Under the pieces are notes generated by a model, which ran no database searches, was not told where the DNA came from, and saw nothing but the letters and a program-made list of their open reading frames with translations. Position numbers and translations under genes: made by a program. Shown here one piece after another: positions 59,081-64,000 of a stretch of DNA of 64,000 nucleotides. Source of the stretch: Felis catus (taxonomy: Eukaryota); NCBI RefSeq assembly GCF_018350175.1, contig NC_058381.1, forward strand, positions 744,001 through 808,000, given 5' to 3'. The stretch's first letter is position 1, and each line of letters opens with the position of its first letter.

Positions 59081-60641
59081 CACGTGTAGGGAACGGGGTG
59101 GGGGGTGTCCTGGGCTCTTTGGGAGGGGACAGGCTGGGGGGAGGTTGGTCCTGGGTTGTAGACGGAGGCGCAGGCCGTAGGGGTGTCTTGGGGATCTGGG
59201 ACAGATGCTTTGTGGAGGCTTCCTGGGTCTATCGGGTGACAAGTTAGGAGGTGTCCTGGAGCAGTGGGGAAGGGACAGGTTGCAGAGAGAGGGGCGTCCC
59301 AGGAATGTGTATAGGGGAACAGTGGGGTGGGTGTCACTGGACTCTGTGTACGTGTGTGTGTGTGTGTGTGTCAGTCACTCGAGGTATCCTGCAACGGGGG
59401 GCCGGGGCGGGGGGGGGGGGGGCGGTCACCTTGTGTTTCCCTAGTGCAGCCCTGAGTCCTAGGCCTTTGGCTTCTGGGGAAGGTGTCGGCCACATAGAAC
59501 TCGCAGGGGCCCCGGCCCCAGCTCTGCGGGCTCCTCCGTTCTGCGGCGGCTGCCCTGGACTGTGGTGACCGTGGTGACCAAAGCCAGCGGGACTGCCTCG
59601 CTCCCGTGCCCTCCCGTCTTCGTTGTCGCTCTCGTCTCTGCAGCTGTGGGAACAGGGAATCTTGAACAGCTGCCCTTCAGTTCCTACACGTGTATCTGTC
59701 TTGAAGCAAATCCAGTCTACAGACCTTGAGTTTACTCAAAAGCTTAAATTAGGGATTTTTTTTTTTTTAAACCTGGATTTCCCAATTGATTTGCTGTAGG
59801 ATTCTTTGAGAGCACAAACACACCAGTACATCTAAAATGAATCGGTTTGTGGAAAATCAGCTTAATTCAACAGACGTTGAGTTCAATTATCTGCTCTGCT
59901 CAAAACCCTGTATTGTGGGGAATCTCAGAGCAGCGGGACCGGGCCCGGCCCCCCGGGAAGCTGGCATAGCTGGAAGGCTGGGGCCTGGCCGTGAAGTAGG
60001 TCAATAACAGAGACCGGTGTGTGGTCGGCACGCCCCGAGGCAGGCGTGATCGGCGTCTGAGGAGGCGGTCCGAGACAGCGGGGTGAGCGCGGCCACGTCC
60101 CTACAAATCCTGACAAAACGCTTTCCGGGCTGTCAGCTCACGGGGTGCGTGTGGGGGGTGTGGGGTTGCAGGTCTGGGGCCCTTCCGCTACTCAGTGGCA
60201 GATCCTGGCAGGGATCTCGGTGTTCTGACCCCGAGGCCTCACCCGGAGCCGGTCGGCTCTGCCCTGCCGAGCTAGCCCAGGGAGTGAGCACGCTGCCCTT
60301 CGCCGAGTGGCTAGGGTTTGCTCACGCAGACTGTGAGCAGAAGGCTGCCTGGTTCCCGTGGCAGAACCGTTTCTGGAGTAACGCCTCACTGGTGGCCCTT
60401 GAGGTTTGGGCTCAACGGGTAGCCACTCACACGGTGTCCCCCGTTCTCTTGGAAAGGAGGATTCCAAAAGGGAAGACACTTTTGTGGAGGACCCTGGCCG
60501 GTACCTTCCCGGAGTACCCGCTGGTCAGCGCGAGGCTGCTGCGGGCCTCCTCTAGAGTACTGTCCTCTGAGGGTGGCATGGTGTCCCCTCCTTCCGGTGT
60601 TTGATCGCCCTTAGTCTGAAAGCAACCTCCTCCCGTTGCAG

Positions 60642-60791
60642 GCGATGACCGATGACCGATGACCGTAGGTGGGCTCTCGCCAGCGCTCCGCCCTCTGACG
60701 GAACGGGCCGGGGCAGGCCGGCTCCCCGCCGTGCTCATCTAGCCTGGCGTCCCACTGGACGGGAGGAGTGACCAGCCAGCGCCAGACCCAG
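60642..60791 (+). other. KIAA0753: Degenerate homologue of the first coding exon of KIAA0753 (moonraker/OFIP); start codon lost and frameshifted
   Basis: ttgcag| acceptor and CAG|gtact donor. Reads ACG-G-R-G-R-P-A-P-R-R-A-H-L-A / L-D-G-R-S-D / Q-T-Q against the remembered human N-terminus [31 protein letters not shown]. Syntenic position and strand fit. Confidence 0.65.
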
Positions 60792-61369
60792 GTACTTCTG
60801 TCGTCTTGTCTTCGGGTTTTTAGCGCGACGCGTTTGGAACAGAAGCTGCAAGAAAAAGACGGCCAATGCCTTTTAAACCACCTTCGAGATCTGACACTTT
60901 GAGCGGCGTGTGCTGTTCTGCCCTCCGGTGTTTGGGGAGCCGTTTCAAAGCCAGCTGCAGCCGTCAGCACACTCCACTGCTAAGTATTTTAGAGCAGTCC
61001 TGCTTACGCACTATCACACCTAAGAAAATGGACAAAGGTGATTCCGTAACATCACTTAATAACCAGTTACCCTTCGGCTTCACCTGGTCGCTACCAAAAT
61101 ACGTTTCCCTCCAACAGCGAACTTAGGAAAATCTTCACACAGCAAAGCCGAGTTCTACAGGGAACGCCCAAGTTCCGTTACTGTCCCACTAGTTTTCCTT
61201 GCGTGTCTGTTCTCCAGTCTGTCCTCCGCAATCCACTCACCGGCACGTCGCATGTTCTGAAATGCACAGCATGAGCTGCAGACCCGGCGCCGTGCAGAGT
61301 CGCCCTCCAGAACTGACTCTTGGAACTTACTCTCGGAATTTCCGCTTTCCCTCGATGCAAACTTTAGGT

Positions 61370-63760
61370 CTGAGTTGGATACCTCAGAATGTACACATCT
61401 TGTCACGTTTGCTGAGTTTAGACCAACGTGTACACAGGTGTCACTCATGCCTCTGTCAAGATAGAGATCTTTTCCATGGCTCCAGAAAGTTCTCTCACAC
61501 CCCTTCCTACCCTTCACAGGCAGCCATTCTGGTTTTTTCCACCGTGGGTTAATTTTGCCCATTCTAAGTAGAACCATATCGCGCCTACTCTTTGACGTAA
61601 GGCTTCTTTCAATGGGTGTGACCCTCTCTCTGTCCTTACGTGGGTCGTGGTCTGTTGCTTTGTAACAATCCAACCTCTCGTGTGGGTTTTTACAGATGAA
61701 GCTGCCGTGGACATTCTTGTACACGTTTGTAAACATGTTTGCGTTTCTGTTGTGTAAATGCCCGGGAGTGAGATCGCTGGGTCACAAGGCAGGGGTGTGT
61801 TTAGTTTTCTAACAAACCAGCGGACCTTTCTCCTGGGCTGTGCCGCTTCCTGTCCCTACCGGCGGCGATGGGCACCCTGGCCCCTTTGCCAGCCCGGCGG
61901 TGTTTGTGTTCATTAGGGCCATTCTGGTGGGCGTGGCGTAATTGCTCCGTGTGGTTTTCACCCAGGAAAGTTACAGTGACAGTACCCAGAATTCCTGGGT
62001 GCCCTGCTCCTACTCCCGGATTCCCCACATGCTAGCACTTCTGTTATGTTTTCCCTCCCTCCCTCCCTCGGTCCTCTGTCTCTCCCTCTCTACACACGCG
62101 TGTTACAGGCACACACATACATGCACACATGCTCACACATACGCACATACACACCTACACGCACATGCACACGCATTTTCTAAACTGGCAAAGTACAAGT
62201 GGCAGCCACGATACCTTTTTACCACTAAGGACTTGGTGTGTATTTCCTGAAGACAAGGACTTCTCTTACGTAGTCATAACGTGGTGATGGAAATCAGGAA
62301 GCACACGTGAGGACAGTGTGGCCATGTGATGTTCAGGCCGTCCTGAGGTTTTGTGAGTTGGCCCAATGATGTCCTTTACAGTGAAAGGAACCAGGGTCAC
62401 TGAGCTGCGGGACTCATCATGTTTGCTTAGCTCCTCGGGTCTGAACAGTTTCTGAGACTTTGTATTTCACGACATCAACATTCTTGACAAATGCAAGCCA
62501 GTTATTGGGCGACTTTCCATCCGTTTGGGTTTGCCCGACCTTTCTAGTGACCTTCGGGTTACACACCCGTGGCGGGAAAACCCCAATGTGCTGCTGAGTC
62601 CTCGTGTGTCCCGTTGGGAGGTACGCGTGTCGACCTCGTCAGTCCCCCACCCGGCAGTGTTCACTCCAGCCCCGGGATGAGGGTGACGGTGGCACCCGCC
62701 AGGCTTCCCCTGTAAAGTCGCTGGCCCATTCACCTTCCGTAGTTGGGGGTGTCTGACTTTGAGACCTTGTTCACACCCTTTCACCCCTAGACTGATCTCC
62801 TAGTTCAGCCTTCATTGGTACTTTTTAGCCTGATGGTTGCTACATGGTGACTGACCTCTTGGTATCAGAGCAGATTCATCGAGCCTGGCCGTGTCCGGGA
62901 GGGTACTGAGAAGGGCCCTGACCTGGCCAAGTGGGAGCTCCTGCAGGCTGACTCCACTGCCCCTTCACACGTCTCTGTTGATCTGTGGCCACATTTGGTA
63001 TAAAAAGGTATTCCGGGGCCAGCATATTTTTCCCCTGTCCCAGCCCCGGAATTGGCCATCCTCCTCCCTCTGGTGGAGAATGGAAGTTAGAACTCACATG
63101 TGGGTACTGAGTAGGCACACTGATTCCCGGGGGCTCTCGTGTGAGGCCGTCCCGGAGGACACAAGTGGGGACAGGCGTCCGTACCCGTGTGCCTGTGCAC
63201 TTCCGCGTGGAGATCGACACGGGTGGTGCACCCTGCCTCCCCCGCCCCCGAGCCCGGGCCAGCTCACGCGCACGCCGTCCGTGGCAGCCCGGCACCTCCC
63301 ATTTGTGACTCCTGTCATCAACCCCAGTTATCCACATGTCGTGTCTGCTCGGTCTCAGAACGTGCAGGGATTTCACTGCTGCAATCTCATCCTTACCTCC
63401 CCGGGCAGAGCCCCGCCCTCAAGAGCTCAGCATTATTTTAACCCGAGGCTGCATAACCTAGTTACTCAGGTTTATTTTCCTTACCCCTCACTCTGTGTGG
63501 TTATGTTACTCATTACAAATTCAGTTTGGCACACAGGTTTCTGTTAGTATTCATTTTCAGGGTTTTCCTTTATTCTTACGGATTTTGTTCCTTCCCTTCC
63601 TGCCTCCCTGTCTGCTCCATGTGACACATTAGCAGGGCCCCCCATGTGCCGACGCCAGAAGGCGTCGGAGAGTGTGATCCCCTCCCACCCCCCACGCACG
63701 TACCTGACCGAGTCAGTCTCTGATGTTCCGTTCCTAGGTTTCTTGGCACAAGTGATCAGA
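61370..63760 (-). mobile_element. Patchwork of old LINE-1 3' fragments (antisense)
   Basis: tgtcaagatagagatcttttccatggctccagaaagttc; gggagtgagatcgctgggtcac; ggtgtgtatttcctgaagacaaggac; boundaries approximate. Confidence 0.5.
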
Positions 63761-64000
63761 CGCACGTGTATCTTGTCGTGAGAGATCCGTTCCCCGCTCG
63801 AAGGGTAGCAGTCACGGACCGTCTTTGTGCACCGGCCCTTTGCACGGAGCAGGGTGTCTCAGCACCGCCTGCTGGGGTTTAGAGAGGGGTGCACACGGAG
63901 GCTCACTCTTTCTTCCTTCTTCCAAGTGCTCCCCGCTGACTCGGCCGCTCTCCTACATGGACCTTCAGGTGGGTTCCGCACTTTGCAGTTACCAGCGGGG

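Overview
Mammalian genomic DNA, most likely a felid: it carries many carnivore CAN-SINE/SINEC_Fc-type elements. It is very GC/CpG-rich and has one assembly gap (20157-20693). Gene order matches human 17p13. Three complete intron-containing genes can be rebuilt exon by exon with GT-AG junctions and no internal stops: SLC13A5/NaCT (+, 12 exons, 6186-25403, 571 aa), MED31 (+, 4 exons, 45137-52293, 131 aa) and TXNDC17/TRP14 (-, 4 exons, 55574-53914, 123 aa). Head-to-head with TXNDC17 lies the presumed 5' end of KIAA0753 (RFX X-box promoter), and two unexpected things sit there. (1) A ~2.85 kb intronless, G-rich reading frame (56226-59080) is split by a single missing base at ~57027. Repaired, it encodes a 951-aa Gly/Pro/Ala/Trp repeat protein with ~20 copies of a PGxWGxGQAxGxP motif. 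(2) What looks like the first coding exon of KIAA0753 (60642-60791) has ATG changed to ACG, two 2-nt deletions and a 7-bp triple repeat that places an upstream ATG in each reading frame. Other points: a 33-bp minisatellite that grew out of a MIR in MED31 intron 3, three SINEs stacked at one target site, and cryptic splice acceptors in SLC13A5. Most ORFs in the supplied track are GC-content or repeat artefacts. Gene and repeat-family identifications come from remembered sequences, not database searches.
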